This document shows, one piece after another, positions 47,091-62,951 of a stretch of DNA of 64,000 nt. Numbering within the stretch: the stretch's first letter is position 1; the number at the start of each line of letters is the position of its first letter. Location: NCBI RefSeq assembly GCF_009914755.1, contig NC_060930.1; one strand, 5' to 3'. This DNA is from the human T2T-CHM13v2.0 reference genome, Homo sapiens. The position numbers were made by a program, and so were the translations under genes. The notes beneath the pieces are model-generated. The model saw only the letters and a program-made list of their open reading frames with translations, made no database searches and was not told the DNA's origin.

Positions 47091-49168
47091 GAATTGGTTG
47101 GAAACAAAGCTTTGAAAATTGTTTAGCAGCACAGTTTCCTGAGGCTGTGATACCAATAGGACCAAACAAGAGGTTGGCCAAAAACTTAAACGGAAGATCT
47201 GGGGAATGGGCCCACACAGGGCTCCAGAAAGCTCTGACATATTCCTGAGGATATAGAAGGAAGGCCACATACATGTACAGAGCTGTGTGCATTCCCTAGA
47301 AACATCTGAGAGGAACCCAATCTTCCATCTCTGGCTGACTTTTAGGCCCTGTACAAGCAGGAAGTGAAGGCTAAGACAGAGGTGTAAACTACCTGAGCAT
47401 TGAAAACACACCCCAACACACACACACAGTCTGTCAGCAAAGGGAAGAAGTTTTATAGCTTCAAGGCATGTAAGAAAATCTCTGACCAATTGTTGTTTGA
47501 CTGCTAAGCTAACCAAGCAAAGGCTCAATAACTTCACACTACAGGGAATAAATACTTTACAGAATAAGTTAACAAATATCATTAAACAAACAGCAGCAAC
47601 AACAAACCCCAGGAGTAGGGGTGGAATCTGATATCCAGAGTTGCCACATCATATCAAAAATGCTCAATTTGAAATAAAATATTAGAAGATATGCAGATAA
47701 ATAGGAAAGGAAGGTTCATATGAAGGAAAAGAGCAGTCAACAGAAAAAGTTCCCAAGGGGACAAATGAACAAATATTTTAAACCAGTTATTATATATACA
47801 TATAAATATATATACACATAAATATATATACACACACATATATGTTCTAAGAATTAAAGGAAACCAAGTCTAAAAAATTAAAGTCGATTTAACATCGGAA
47901 AAAAGAACAAAAACCACATGATCATCTCAACAGATGTAGAAAAGGTATCTGACAAAATCCAGCATTCCTTCATCATAAAAACACTCAACAAACTTGGAAT
48001 AAAAGGAAACTTCTTTAACCTGATAAAAGGTATCTGTGAAATATCCATAGCTAATACCATACTTGGTGAAAGACAGAATGTTTTTCCTCTACAATCAGAA
48101 ACAACATTGTCCATTCCTGCCACATCTATTCACTATTGCACTGGAGGTTCTAACGAGAGCAATTAAGCAAGAAAAATAAATAAAAGGCATCCACACTGGA
48201 AAATAAGAAGTAAAATAATCTCTAATTGGAAATGGCATAATACTGCATATAGAAAATCCTAAGGAATACACTAAAAAATTATTATAACTCATGAATGAGT
48301 TCCAAAGATTTCAGGATACAAGATCAATAAAAAAAAAATCAGTTGTATCTCTATGCACTTGCAAGGAACAATCCAAAAATAATGTTAAGAAAATAATTTT
48401 ATTTATAATAGCATCAAAATAAAATGCTTATGAAAAATTTAACAAATGCACACTGTGTACAGTATGAGACTTTTTCACTGAAAATACAAAACATTCCCAA
48501 AGGAAATTAAAGAAGATCTAAATGAATGAAAAGATATCCCAGGTTTTGGGATTAAAGGACTTATTATCATTAAAATGTTAATAGTTCCTAAATTAATCTA
48601 CAGATTCACCACAATCTTGATCAAAATCCCAGCTGGCTTTTTGACAGAAATTGACAAGCTGGTCATAAAATGTATGAAAGTACAAGGACCCCATAATAAC
48701 TACAACAATTTTAGAAAAAAACAAATTTAGAAGACCCACAGTTGCAACTTCAAAGCTTACTGCAATGTTACAGTAATCAAGATAGAACGCAACTGACATA
48801 AGGATACACACATAAATGAATGGAATCGAGGTGAGAGTAAAAATAAACCTCTACCTTTATATTTAACTGATTTTTAACAAGTGAGCTAAGATCATGTAAT
48901 GGGGAATGAAACAGTCATTTCAACAAAAAGAGCTGGGACAACTAGATATCCACATGTCCAAGAAAGACATAGTTGTACCCCTTTATTATATCATACACAT
49001 GCACAAAACCTCAAAATGAATCATAGGCCTCAACATAAGAGCTAAAACTATAAAACTCTTAGAAAAAAACATAGGCGTAATCTTTGTAACATAAAATTAG
49101 GGAATGTTTTCTTAGATATGATACCCAAAAGCAAGATCAACAAAATAAAAATTAAATAAATTGGACCT

Positions 49169-50906
<1,738 letters not shown>

Positions 50907-51126
50907 GACCTCATCAAAATTAACAACATTTTGCTGCAAATGATACATCAAGAAAGTAAAAAAGCCACCCACAGTAGGGGAGAAAACATTTGCAAATTAT
51001 ATATCATACATCTGATAATTATATGTCATACATCTGATAAGGGACTTTATCCAGAATATGTAAAAAAGTCTTACAAGTCCACAATAAAAAGATGAATAAT
51101 CTAATTAAAAGTGGGCAAAAAAACTA

Positions 51127-51335
51127 CCAACATAGCAACACTCTGTCTCTACAAGAATAAATAATAAAAAAAAATTAGCTGGGCATGGTGGTTTGTGCCT
51201 ATAGTCCTAGCTACTCAGAAGGCTGAGGGAAGAGGATCGCTTGAGCCCAGGAGTTGAAGGCTGCAGTGAAATATGATTGTGTCACTGCGCTCCAGCCTGA
51301 GAAACAGAGCAAGACCCCATCTCTTAAAAAGAAAG
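51127..51335 (+). mobile_element. 5'-truncated AluJ
   Basis: ggatcgcttgagcccaggagttgaaggctgcagtga (J-type); TSD gtgggcaaaa at 51111 and 51336. Confidence 0.88.
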
Positions 51336-51663
51336 GTGGGCAAAAGATTTGAATGGATATTTTTCCAAAAAAAAAATGTAAGAATGGCTAAGAAGCATAT
51401 AAAAAGATTCTCAACATTGCTAGTCATTAGGGAATGCACATTAAAACACAGATGCCACTTCCCATCGTCTAGGATGACTATAATAAAAAAAAAAAACAAC
51501 AACAGACAATAACAAGGGTAGGCAAGGATGTGGAGAAATTGGAAGGCTCATAGATTTTGCTTGCGGAAATGTAAACTGGTGCAGCCACTTTTGGAAACAG
51601 TTTGATAGTTCTCAAAATGTTAAACATAGAGTTGCCATATCCAGCTATTCTACTCCTAGATAC

Positions 51664-52214
51664 TATAGGAAACAAAATAATGCCCCTCAAAGATGCTCAC
51701 CTCCTAATCCCTGAAATCTGTGAACATATTATCTTACATGAAAAAGGAAATTTCCACCTGTGATTCAGTGTCTCCAGATGGGGAGATGAACTTGGACTAT
51801 CTGTGTGGGTTGAATGTAATCACAAGTGTTGTTATAAAGGGAGGTTGAGGGGATCAGAGTCAGAGAAGGCCATGCAACAACAGAGGCAGAGAGAGACGTT
51901 ACAGCAGAGGCAGAGATCGGGAGGCAGAAATCATTATCAACAGAGGCAGAAACCATTAGCTTTTGATAATGATCATGGCAACACAGGTGAGATGCCATCG
52001 CTGGTAGAGCCAAGGAGTTTGGGTGTCTTAAGAAGTTGGAAAAGGTCCCCCTGGAGCTCCCAGAGAGGTGGCAGCATGGCCAGCACCTTGATTTTACCCT
52101 GGTGAAACTGATTTTGGACTCCAGACCTCCAGAACCATAAGATAATACATTTTGGTTGTGTTAAGCCATTAAGTTTATGGTGATTTGTTACAGAAGCAAC
52201 AGGATACTTATCCA
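51664..52214 (+). mobile_element. MLT1C/D solo LTR
   Basis: aataatgcccctcaaagatg..cctaatccctgaaatctgtgaa...cagacctccagaaccataagataata...ttgttacagaagcaacagg. Confidence 0.85.
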
Positions 52215-52796
52215 ATAACCAAGAGAAATGAAAACATGGTCACCCAAAAACCTGTACACCAATGTTCTTACAGCATTTTTCACAATAACCAAAAAGTGAA
52301 AACGACCTGCACATCCATTAACTGATGAAGAGACACAGAAAATGCGGTCTATCCAAACAAGGGCATGTTATTTGTAAGAAAAAAAAATGAATGACTGATA
52401 CAAGCGACAACATGGATAAACTTTAAAAACACTATGCTAAGTGAAAGAAATCAATTATTTATATGAAATGTCCGAAATGGACAATACAATAGAAATACAA
52501 ATAAATTAGTAGGGAGATGAGGAGTGACTGCTAGCGGGTGTGGGGCTTCATTTTGGGATGGATTAATTATTCAAAATTAGATAGTGATGATGGTTGCACA
52601 ACTCTGTGAATATAGTAAAATCTAATATATTGTATACATTAAATGGATGAGTTTTGTTATGAGAATATCTTAATGTTCATAACCTGTGACAAAATACAAA
52701 TGCTCACCTCACTCTACTTGACAGCAATGTAATTCAAACACACAGCAAAACAACAATACTGTTTTTCATACATTTTTAAATTACCTTTATTGTTAC

Positions 52797-53794
52797 TTTT
52801 CTTTATTTTTTAACTTTAAGTTCCAGGATACATGTGCAGAATGTGCAGGTTTGTTACACAGGTATACCTGTGCCATGGTGGTTTGCTGCACCTATCAACT
52901 CATCACCTAGGTTTTAAGCCCCACGTGCATTAGGTATTTGTCCTAATGCTCTCCCTCCCTTTTCCCCCCACCCCTTGACAGGCCCCGGTGTGTGATGTTC
53001 CCCTCCCTGTGTCCATGTGTTCTCATTGTTCAACTCCCACTTATAAGTGAGACCACGCGGCGTTTGGTTTTCTGTTCCTGTGTTAGTTAGCTGAGGATGA
53101 TGACTTCCAGCTTCATCCATGTCCCTGCAAAGGACATGATCTCATTCTTTTTTATGGCTGTGTAGTATTCCATGGTGTATATGTACCACATTTTCTTTAT
53201 CCAGTCTATCATTGATGGGCATTTGGGTTGGTTCCAAGTATTTGCTATTGTAAATAGTGCTGCAATAAACATACATGTGCATGTGTCTTTATAGTAGAAT
53301 CATTTACATTCCTTTTGGTATATACCCAGTAATAGGATGGCTGGGTCAAATGGTATTTCTTGTTCTAGATCCTTGAGGAATTGCCACACTGTCTTCCACA
53401 ATGGTTGAACTAATTTACATTCCCACAAACAGTATAGAAGTGTTCCTATTTCTCCACAGCCTTGCCAGCATCTATTGTTTCCTGACTTCTTAATAATCAC
53501 CATTCTGACTGGTGTGAGATGGTATCTCATTGTGGTTTTGATTAAAGAGCTTCTGCCCAGCAAAAGAAACTAGCATCAGAGTGAACAGGCAGCCTACAGA
53601 ATGGGAGAAAAATTTTGCAATCTACCCATATGACAAAGGTATAATATCCAGAATCTATAAGGAACTTAAACAAATTTACGAGAAAAAAGAAAAACACAAA
53701 CAACCCCATCAAAAAGTGGACAAGGGATATGAACAGACACTTCTCAAAAGAAGACATTTATGCAACCAACAAACACATGAAAAGAAGCTCATCA
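52797..53794 (-). mobile_element. L1PA7/8 with 5' inversion
   Basis: 3' end antisense 52797-53543, then sense ORF2 segment 53544-53794; ttttaagccccacgtgcattagg PA7/8-type 3'UTR. Confidence 0.9.
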
Positions 53795-54490
53795 GAGTAT
53801 TGATTTGTATCTCTCAAGTGGCTTTTTAGTTTTATACTAAGCATTGTTAACCACGAAATAAACGCCAAGTTAACTGATTTATTTTTCACTCAACAAATGA
53901 ATATATACTTCGTGTCACAGCCTGGATGGGCACTGGACCATGAGTGCCAGTGAAAGCACTAGTGCCATGAGTACTAATGGGCTTACTATATTTTTTATCT
54001 TATTCATACAAGGACAGTGGGCATGCTATCTGACTTCCAACTAATCACATATCTTAAATATGCCAAACTCCATTACTTCTGTCACTCCTTATGTAATAAA
54101 GCTATGTTATACCTTATAGATTTGTTTAAATGTACTAACTTTATAAGATTATTGGCCAGCTCTAATTTGTTGATACGGATTAGGTTTTACCTGTTTATAT
54201 ACACATGCCTCTCTACTAGGCTGAAATATTTGAAATACAATATAACAATATTAGCCAAATGCTTATGTGGACAAATATATAATTAAGTTAATGCTATGAG
54301 TGAGATACACAAGGAGTTAAGAGAGTAATTATCCCCTTGCCTTTTGAGTCAAAGAAGTTTTTTCCAAGGAAGCAGGCAGAAGAACATTTCAGGAAGGTGG
54401 CAACATGGCCAAGACCCAGAGATGTGGGTATGTTTGTTCATTTCAGGGAGGCCAATGTGGCCAGAGTTGATCAGCCTTAAAGGCAGATTA

Positions 54491-54922
54491 GTAGTGGCAC
54501 CTCAACATCCACTTTCAAACTCTTCATTATGAATGCAACTTGTTAGCTGGATATTGTCCAAGTGGATAAAAGACTTTATATCCCACCTGCCTTGCAGCTA
54601 CGTCTGGTTGCGTGATAAAGTTGGGAACAACTCAAGGTCAGCCGAATGGTCTCTCAAGGGAGAGAATGTTCTTGTCCATTTGATTTCTCCTTCCAGTTAG
54701 CTGGAAGATGGAGGCAGTGACTGGAGATCAGGCAGATATCTTGACCAGGGTGAAAGCTGCATGCTGCAAATGCCAGATCCAGGTCTTGGATACCATATTC
54801 GATGAATCAGCCCTAATCTGCCTACCTCTTAGGTCTTTTATGTGAGAAAGAAGAAATTTCTATCCAGTGAATCCACAGTTATTTAGGTTTTCTTTTCTTC
54901 ACAGTAAAATATAATTAATACA
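54491..54922 (+). mobile_element. MLT1J-like LTR within L2
   Basis: cccacctgccttgcagctacg...ctgcctacctct...tgtgagaaagaagaaatttcta...taattaataca. Confidence 0.65.
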
Positions 54923-54929
54923 CTTTCGA

Positions 54930-55604
<675 letters not shown>

Positions 55605-56144
55605 AGAAGATAGGTTTGTATTGTAACTCACAAATTAGTGTTATAAAATGCTCTGGATGGAAACTTGAATTTGGGGGGATTTTGTTGTTGCTTTTCTTCC
55701 TCTGCTCTAGTGCTGTGCTTTGTAAACTACAGATTATGATCCTTGAGTGGCTCAGAAAAACAATATTTTTTACTTCATTAATGAGATAGAATTTTTAAAT
55801 CATGGTGTTCCGCTAATAACTTAAAAGTTTTTATGCAAGTATATATAATGCACATACACATATGTGCATTTATACATACATGATCATGGGTGACTAGATA
55901 TACACATAGGCTTCATAGGCAAATGTTTTTGCCTATTTCGATTATTGATGTATATCCATTGCCTAGAATGGTGTATGGTAGGCAGTCACTAAACATTAAT
56001 TGAATGAATAAATATGTGAACATGTGAGTATGTGTACATTCACTGTGTGGCAATATAAAAACTATTTTTTACTATATTAATATTGACATAATTTCAGACT
56101 TAAAGAAACATTTCAAGAAAAGTCTAAGAATTCCCAGATACTCT

Positions 56145-56773
<629 letters not shown>

Positions 56774-56779
56774 CCCAGA

Positions 56780-57180
56780 TATTCTTTATCCTTCACCCAG
56801 ATTCCTCATAAGTTAATGTTTTATTTCATTTTCTTTATATATAAACACACACACATAGACACACACACACCACACACACACACACACTTTTCTGAATCAT
56901 TCAAAAACTGCAGACATAATGCCCCTTTACCCGTAAAGTCAGTATTTATGTCTTAAAAATATAAACCACATGTAGTTATCAATGTAGTTATCAAAACCAG
57001 AAAATTAACATTGAAATGCTGTTATTATCTAATCTACAGACAGTATTGGGATTTTTGGTTATTGTCCCAATAATGCCTTTTACAGCAAAAGAAGATCCAA
57101 GATCCTGTGTGGCACTCATCTGTCGTGTCTCTTCAGTCTCTTTTAATCTGGAACAGTTCCTGAATCTTTATTTTTATAAA
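56780..57180 (-). mobile_element. L1MC 3' UTR (also 56065-56130) with (CA)n
   Basis: ttcacccagattc...gcagacataatgcccctttaccc...gtctcttcagtctcttttaatctggaacagttcc. Confidence 0.75.
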
Positions 57181-59499
57181 GTATGTTTTTTTTTTTGTTT
57201 TTTTTTTTTTTTTTTTTTTTTACTGTGGTCAGGGTAAAAAATTTTCTGACAGTCACTGGGCTAGTGAGCAGTTAGAGTCTAAAATATCACCTTGGTCTGC
57301 CTTCGAAGGGGAAATCACAGAAGAACATTCTCTTTCTTGAAATGGTAGAGGGTGGCTTCTGGATCTGATCGGGACATGGTGTTAGGGAAAGGAGAGCTAT
57401 GAGAATGTCTTTGTTGCTGCATTTGGATTCTGAGAGGACATTAGAGTCCATTGTGGGAGTAATGAGGTTAAGGACACCTTTGTGTTGAAACCCTGGAAGA
57501 AGGTCCTGGCCGGCCTGAGCAGGTGGAATTCAGGGAAGAAGAGAACAGCCATTCTGGGTCTTTGCAAGGTGAGTTGGAACACTGGCTGATGTTGGAGCTT
57601 TGGGGAGCACCAGATCCTAAGATGTGAGGTAAGAAAACGGGAGATGCCCCTGGCCACACCTGGCCCTGTGGGAGGAAAGGCCCAACTAGGGAATCTACTC
57701 AGGCTCTGGATTAACACTGGCATCTGCCCACCTGGGTTGGATGTGTTGTCAATAGCCATGTGGTAGCAAGAGGCAAAAGATGATGGAATTTCAGGTTTTT
57801 CTAGTGAGAAATGGATTCACCCCACCCTAGCCCCATCTTGGACTGCTCAGGGCTTCCTGAGTTATCAGCAGAAGGATGGGTCCTCAAAGGGAAAATACGT
57901 CAATATTTGCTAATGTGGAAGGCAGGGCTCTCAACTAGCCAGATCTCATTTGAGTTGCAAAATATGAACATGGGTTTATATTTGCACAATGAGTTTTTGG
58001 AACAAGTCCTGCCAGTCACAGATTGTTTTTAAAATATAGGAGATGAAAGAAATCTCCTAAGCAGAAAGAAGAGAATAAAAAGAGAGCCTGAGGAATGCCA
58101 TTATTTTAAAGTCAGGCAGAGAAGTACTTGTCAAAGGAGACAGAAAAGGCATTTCCACAGAGCAAGAAGGAAAAGCAAGAGTGTGCAGGTCACATAAGCT
58201 GAAGGACTTAAGATGGCAGAAAAGCTAACATATGGTTGAACTTTACCTGGAGCGTTTGCACCCTATCAAGAAGAAATAATTATTACACTCTGGCTATTGT
58301 ACCCAGAATGTTCTGTGACCAGTGCTATTGTAGAGATGTGGATGTCTATGGCAAGTTCCAGCAGTTAAAGAGTCTATCAGGACTCATGCCATCAGCCACA
58401 GAAACACATTTCTGCTATCCTTGGATAACCAGGAGAGAACAGGCTTGGAAATGTGCAGCTGAGAGAGCTCTCATGGGCTGGACAAGCAACCACAGCCAAG
58501 GTCTTCTAGCAGGAACCCTATTGCTGTCCCCTCACTGAATATGCCTCCAGCCAGCCTGTGTGTTCCCTCATTCATTGAAAGTAAATGTGCCCAGAGGGGC
58601 ACCTGCATGCCCAAGCTTGAATCACATGCCTACCTTGGGGTGCACTTAGATGGGGAAACACAGGATGTGGGATTCTCAGTTGCAGGGATATTTTACTTAA
58701 AACTTGAAACTATTAATGTAATTCCTGCATCCCTCTGTACAGGCAGAGAGGAGAGCAAGCGTGTCCTGGACCTACCTAGCTATAACTATGGCTTTGTGTG
58801 TGTTCATGTGCCACATGTGGCCAGGTGGTGGGCTCCAGCACACCACACAGATGAGGGGAGCCCTCCTGAACACTGGGCTATGTCTTCTGACTGACCCAGA
58901 AGCTGGTGGGAACAAGCTGTTTTGGCTCCCTTCTCCCCCTCCCTGCTATCCTGCCTCCCCACTTTTTACCACCCACCCCTGTCCCCTAACCACCACCAGC
59001 ATTCAGTGATAGTCCTGGCAAGATTGCAGTTCCTGTGCAATCTCTCTGTGGACACCTCTCAGGCTGTAGGCACTGTGCCTCTTGGAAACTGGTAAATTTG
59101 CAGGGGAAGGGAAGTTCCTAACCTCACTTTGCCTGGAAATGCCATGCCTTCTCTACCCTGTTATTTGTTTTCCTTCTGTTCTAGTCACTAGGAACAGATC
59201 AGAAAGTTGGCTGGTGACACAGATAGCCTCGGAGGGAGAGGGAGGGGTGGCTGGAATGCTCCCTTGGCTTTGGAAAGCCTGTCCCTTTCTCCCAATTGGG
59301 TGGTGACTGGAACAAATGACACTCCCTCCCAAACACTGCATTTCCCCCAAAGGTGCTCCTCCCTTCTCCCAATCAGCGAGGATAGGATGTAGGGAGGGAA
59401 TGGGGGTGGTGGGGGAATTCTCTGAACTGATACCTCTCAGCAGGCTCTGAAAGGTGGAAGCTGGGCCTGACCCCTGGGGGTCCAGGGTGACGCAGGGGA

Positions 59500-59685
59500 G
59501 CAGTTTGCTCTGCGGCAAGCAATTGTTAGAACTGAGACTTTGGTGGAAGTCACATGGGGATGATAAGGAGATGGGCTTTCAGTTGGTTTTGTTATTATAT
59601 TTAAGCATTCTACAGACTGTGTGGCTCCTTGTTGTCTGCAGCCCAGAGTGGACTGCTCCCACCTCCCCACCTTTGGGACAGCATG
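59500..59685 (-). mobile_element. hAT-Tip100 (MER97-like) terminal fragment
   Basis: Reverse complement reads ...gtcccaaaggtggggaggtgggagcagtccactctgggctgcagacaacaagg...tctgtagaatgcttaaatataataacaaaaccaactgaaag, resembling the recalled MER97 5' end. Confidence 0.5.
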
Positions 59686-59898
59686 GATAACAACTGACGG
59701 GCAGTTGCCGGACCTTAGGATGAGAACAATTAATGTGGTCACGGATAAGTTTCCAGGGTACCAAGAAAAAAATCAACATTGAAATCCTACCTGATTTTCC
59801 TAATATCCTGGAAATTTATCCATCACCACAAACATGGTTCTCATCCTAAGGTCAGACAACTATCTAGTGATGTCCCAAAGGTGGGGAGGTGAGAGCAG
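59653..59898. repeat. Long imperfect inverted repeat (foldback)
   Basis: Arms of about 105-120 bp with a ~16-nt loop; outer 28 bp match 27/28. Confidence 0.92.
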
Positions 59899-61048
59899 GA
59901 AGTGGGGGAATTGGATGATGGACAACCGGCGGGCAGGGGGAAGGAACGAATTTCCACTGCGATGAGTTTATAAGTATTAGAGAGAAGCATGTGTGTGTAC
60001 AAATATTTTTTATGTGTACTTGTAATGTCCCACACATATACCCACTAGGAACCAAGGTTGCTTATACAGGCAGGGGAAGTAGACAAGCTCTTACTGGAGC
60101 AGTTTGAAGGGTGTCTCAGATATCTCCCCGTTGCCAGTTTTCACCGGTTGTGGATATCTAACTTTAGAAATTCATTCCTTTGTGAACCTGACCTTCAAGC
60201 CATTCTTTCCTTAGGTTTCCTCCTGAAAAACCTCAGCTAAAATATTTTCCTACTTCTCTGAATTTCCACATGCTTTATCTAAGGGCAGAAATCTCACAAA
60301 GTTAACCTTGTTGTATCCACAGCACCAAATGCAGTGCCTGACATACACTAGGTGGTCAACAAACAGATACTGAGTGAATTAAAATAGAATCATATCTGGG
60401 AATCCTAGAAAGCTAAGTCACTGGTATGTCAAGGGCATTCGGGCTAGTTTCCTCCTCAGAGGAAAGACAGAGGCAGCCTGAGAATCCCAGGTTGCTTTGG
60501 GCTATTAGAATGTTAACAAAGCATTGAAAAGAACTCACTAAAGTGACAGCATCAAAATGATGACATCAGAACATCTTGTACCCATTCCTGCTTCATCAAG
60601 TAACCTCAGGCTAGTCACGTAATTTCTCTGATGTCAATTTTTTTTATCTACAAGTTATCACGAGTGGATTAAACATTTTCTAAGATCCTTTTTCTCTTGG
60701 TTCTCTTCCCTGCTAGAGAGAAGGGAAAATACTTTGGTTATTATTTACTTGTCATCAAGTTTTGTCTCTTTCTACATACATCACATTGATGCTATTACTC
60801 TACTCCTTAAAATGTCTGTATCTGTAATTATCCGCCAATTACCTACCAGATCACGTCCAAACTCCATCTACAAACATTCATTCAAGACCTCCCCACCCCA
60901 TCGACACTTTATCTTTTTCAGCCTTATTTCTCACCATTCCCCTATCCTAAGCTTCCCTTGCAGTCAAAATTGATCTATTTCTGGTCCACTAAATAGTTTA
61001 TAAATTTTAAAAATTTTGTCCCTTTACTCAAATGCTTCTTTCTACATA

Positions 61049-61490
61049 CGTGATAGTTCATTTCAGGTGTCACCTTGACTGGATTAAGGGACACCCAGAT
61101 AGCAGGTTAAACATTATTTCCAGGCATTTCTGGAAGAGATTAGCATTTGAAGCAGTGGACTGAGCAAAAACGATCAGCCCTCACCAACGTGGGTGGACAT
61201 CATCCAATCTGCTGAGGGCCCACATAGAACAACAAGGTGGAGGAAGGACAAATTTGCTCTCTGTCTTCTGCAGATACAACGCTCATCTTTTCCTGCCTTT
61301 GGACATCAGAACTCCAGGTTCTCCAGCATTTGGGCTACAAGACTTTTACCAGCACCTCCACCTGCCCTCAGACTGAGAGTCACAGCCTTGGCTCCCTGGT
61401 TCTCCAGCTTGCAGACAGCCTATCATGGGACTTCTCAGCCTCCATAACCATGGGAGCCAGTTCCCATGATAAATCCCCTCATATATCTTT

Positions 61491-61548
<58 letters not shown>

Positions 61549-61599
61549 CATCCATCCATCCTATTGATTCTGTTTCTCTGAAGAACTCTGACTAATACA
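61049..61599 (+). mobile_element. MLT2B-like solo LTR
   Basis: gtgatagttcatttcaggtgtcaccttgactggattaaggg...gaagaactctgactaataca; 5-bp TSD acata. Confidence 0.92.
61490..61561. repeat. (TCTA)n(TCCA)n tetranucleotide STR
   Basis: About 10 uninterrupted TATC units followed by CATC units, inside MLT2. Confidence 0.95.
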
Positions 61600-61743
61600 A
61601 CATACAATTCTCAAATCCTCCCATCTTACTTTGAAGTCCTCTCCATTCTTCCAAACAAAGCTCAAATGTAACTTCCCCCAGAAAGCCTTCTACAGCCAGA
61701 AGTGACAGTTTTTCCTTTAAATTCTTATAGAACCTCTTATTTC

Positions 61744-61983
61744 CTTTTTTTAAATAAGAATCTTTTTTTTCTTTACTTTAAGTTCTGGGATACATGTGCA
61801 GAAGGTTCAGGTTTGTTACATAGGTATACATGTGCCATGGTGGTTTACTGCACCTATCAATTCATTATCTAGGTTTTAAGCCCCTCATGCATTAACTATT
61901 TGTCCTAATACTCTCCCTTCTCTTGCACCACCCCTGAAAGGCCTCAGTGTGTTATTTCCCTCCCTGTGTCCATGTGTTCTCAT
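61744..61983 (-). mobile_element. Short 5'-truncated L1PA7/8 3' end
   Basis: 16-bp TSD tagaacctcttatttc (61728-61743, 61984-61999); actttaagttctgggatacatgtgcag. Confidence 0.93.
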
Positions 61984-62229
61984 TAGAACCTCTTATTTCT
62001 ATCAACTCTATAGCTCTTTCATAAGGCCTTTTATTTTAAGCATTTGTGTACTTGCATTACTGCTATCTCCAAGTTTGCATGCTCTTTGAGGATGGGGACC
62101 ATTACTTAGAAATCTTTCTGTCTTGTATAACTCTGCCAATAAAACCCTGCAGGCATGGCAAAAGAAACCCAGCATTTATTCATGTCACTATTGTGCAAAG
62201 AACTTTATATATGTATCTTATTTGGTACA

Positions 62230-62395
62230 TATAATCATCCTATGGGGTTTAATATAATTACTCTTATTTTATGGATGTGAAAAATAAAACTCAGAGAGGT
62301 GTAGAAACTTGCTAATTATTAATATCCAGCAAGTAGGGAATCATGATCAGATGTGTCTGATTCTAATGTTGGTGATTTTCCCTACCAAAAAGCAT
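62230..62395 (-). mobile_element. MIR
   Basis: ttattttatggatgtgaaaaataaaactcagagaggtgtagaaacttgc. Confidence 0.6.
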
Positions 62396-62449
62396 CCAAT
62401 TTATGTAATAGTTGCTCAATCAATATTGATGAGCATATGGTGAATCACT

Positions 62450-62713
62450 GTGGCAGAGAAAGCAAGTGCTCTCCAAACATCGTGCACTCCTCTGAGTTCC
62501 TCAGCCCCCCAAGTTGGGGCCATGTGACTGGGCTCTGGCCAGGGAGATCTTGCTTCAGTCTCATGGAGGCCATGCGTTTCAGATGGAGGAGCCCTCTCTG
62601 CCAGAATCAGATAGAGAGGTGATAGGAAATAAACATTTACTGGTTAAGCTGCTGAGATTTTAAGATATGTCTTTTGTCAATTAAGATTTACCTGTTAATT
62701 ACTCTGAATAACA
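62450..62713 (+). mobile_element. MLT1I/J-like LTR, internally deleted
   Basis: tgtggcaga...ggggccatgtgactgggctctggcca...gaaataaacatttactggttaagctgctgagattt. Confidence 0.6.
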
Positions 62714-62951
62714 AAGTAACTGACCAAATGAGCATAATTAATATAATGATATGCTATTCTAAGAAGATTTATTGAATAATATCTAGGTGTCAATTTACTT
62801 GTTCCTTGTAACATCATCTGTGCTCTTAGAAAAGTCAGCCAAGATCACTGCTGTTCTTAGAGTAGATGCCAATGAACTCTTAATCCTTGAGCACATGTAT
62901 TGAGAACTGTAATTTCAATACAATGTGTATGTGTGTTTAAGCTTTCATATA

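Noticed and set aside
47061-47582. 173-aa minus-strand ORF as an ORF0-like antisense L1 product
   Set aside because: It lies in an old, decayed L1M 5'UTR; ORF0 is described for young primate L1PA elements and there is no similarity
52060-52080. CTCF-like aggtggcagca motif (also ~1210 and ~60346)
   Set aside because: The 5' half of the consensus is poorly matched
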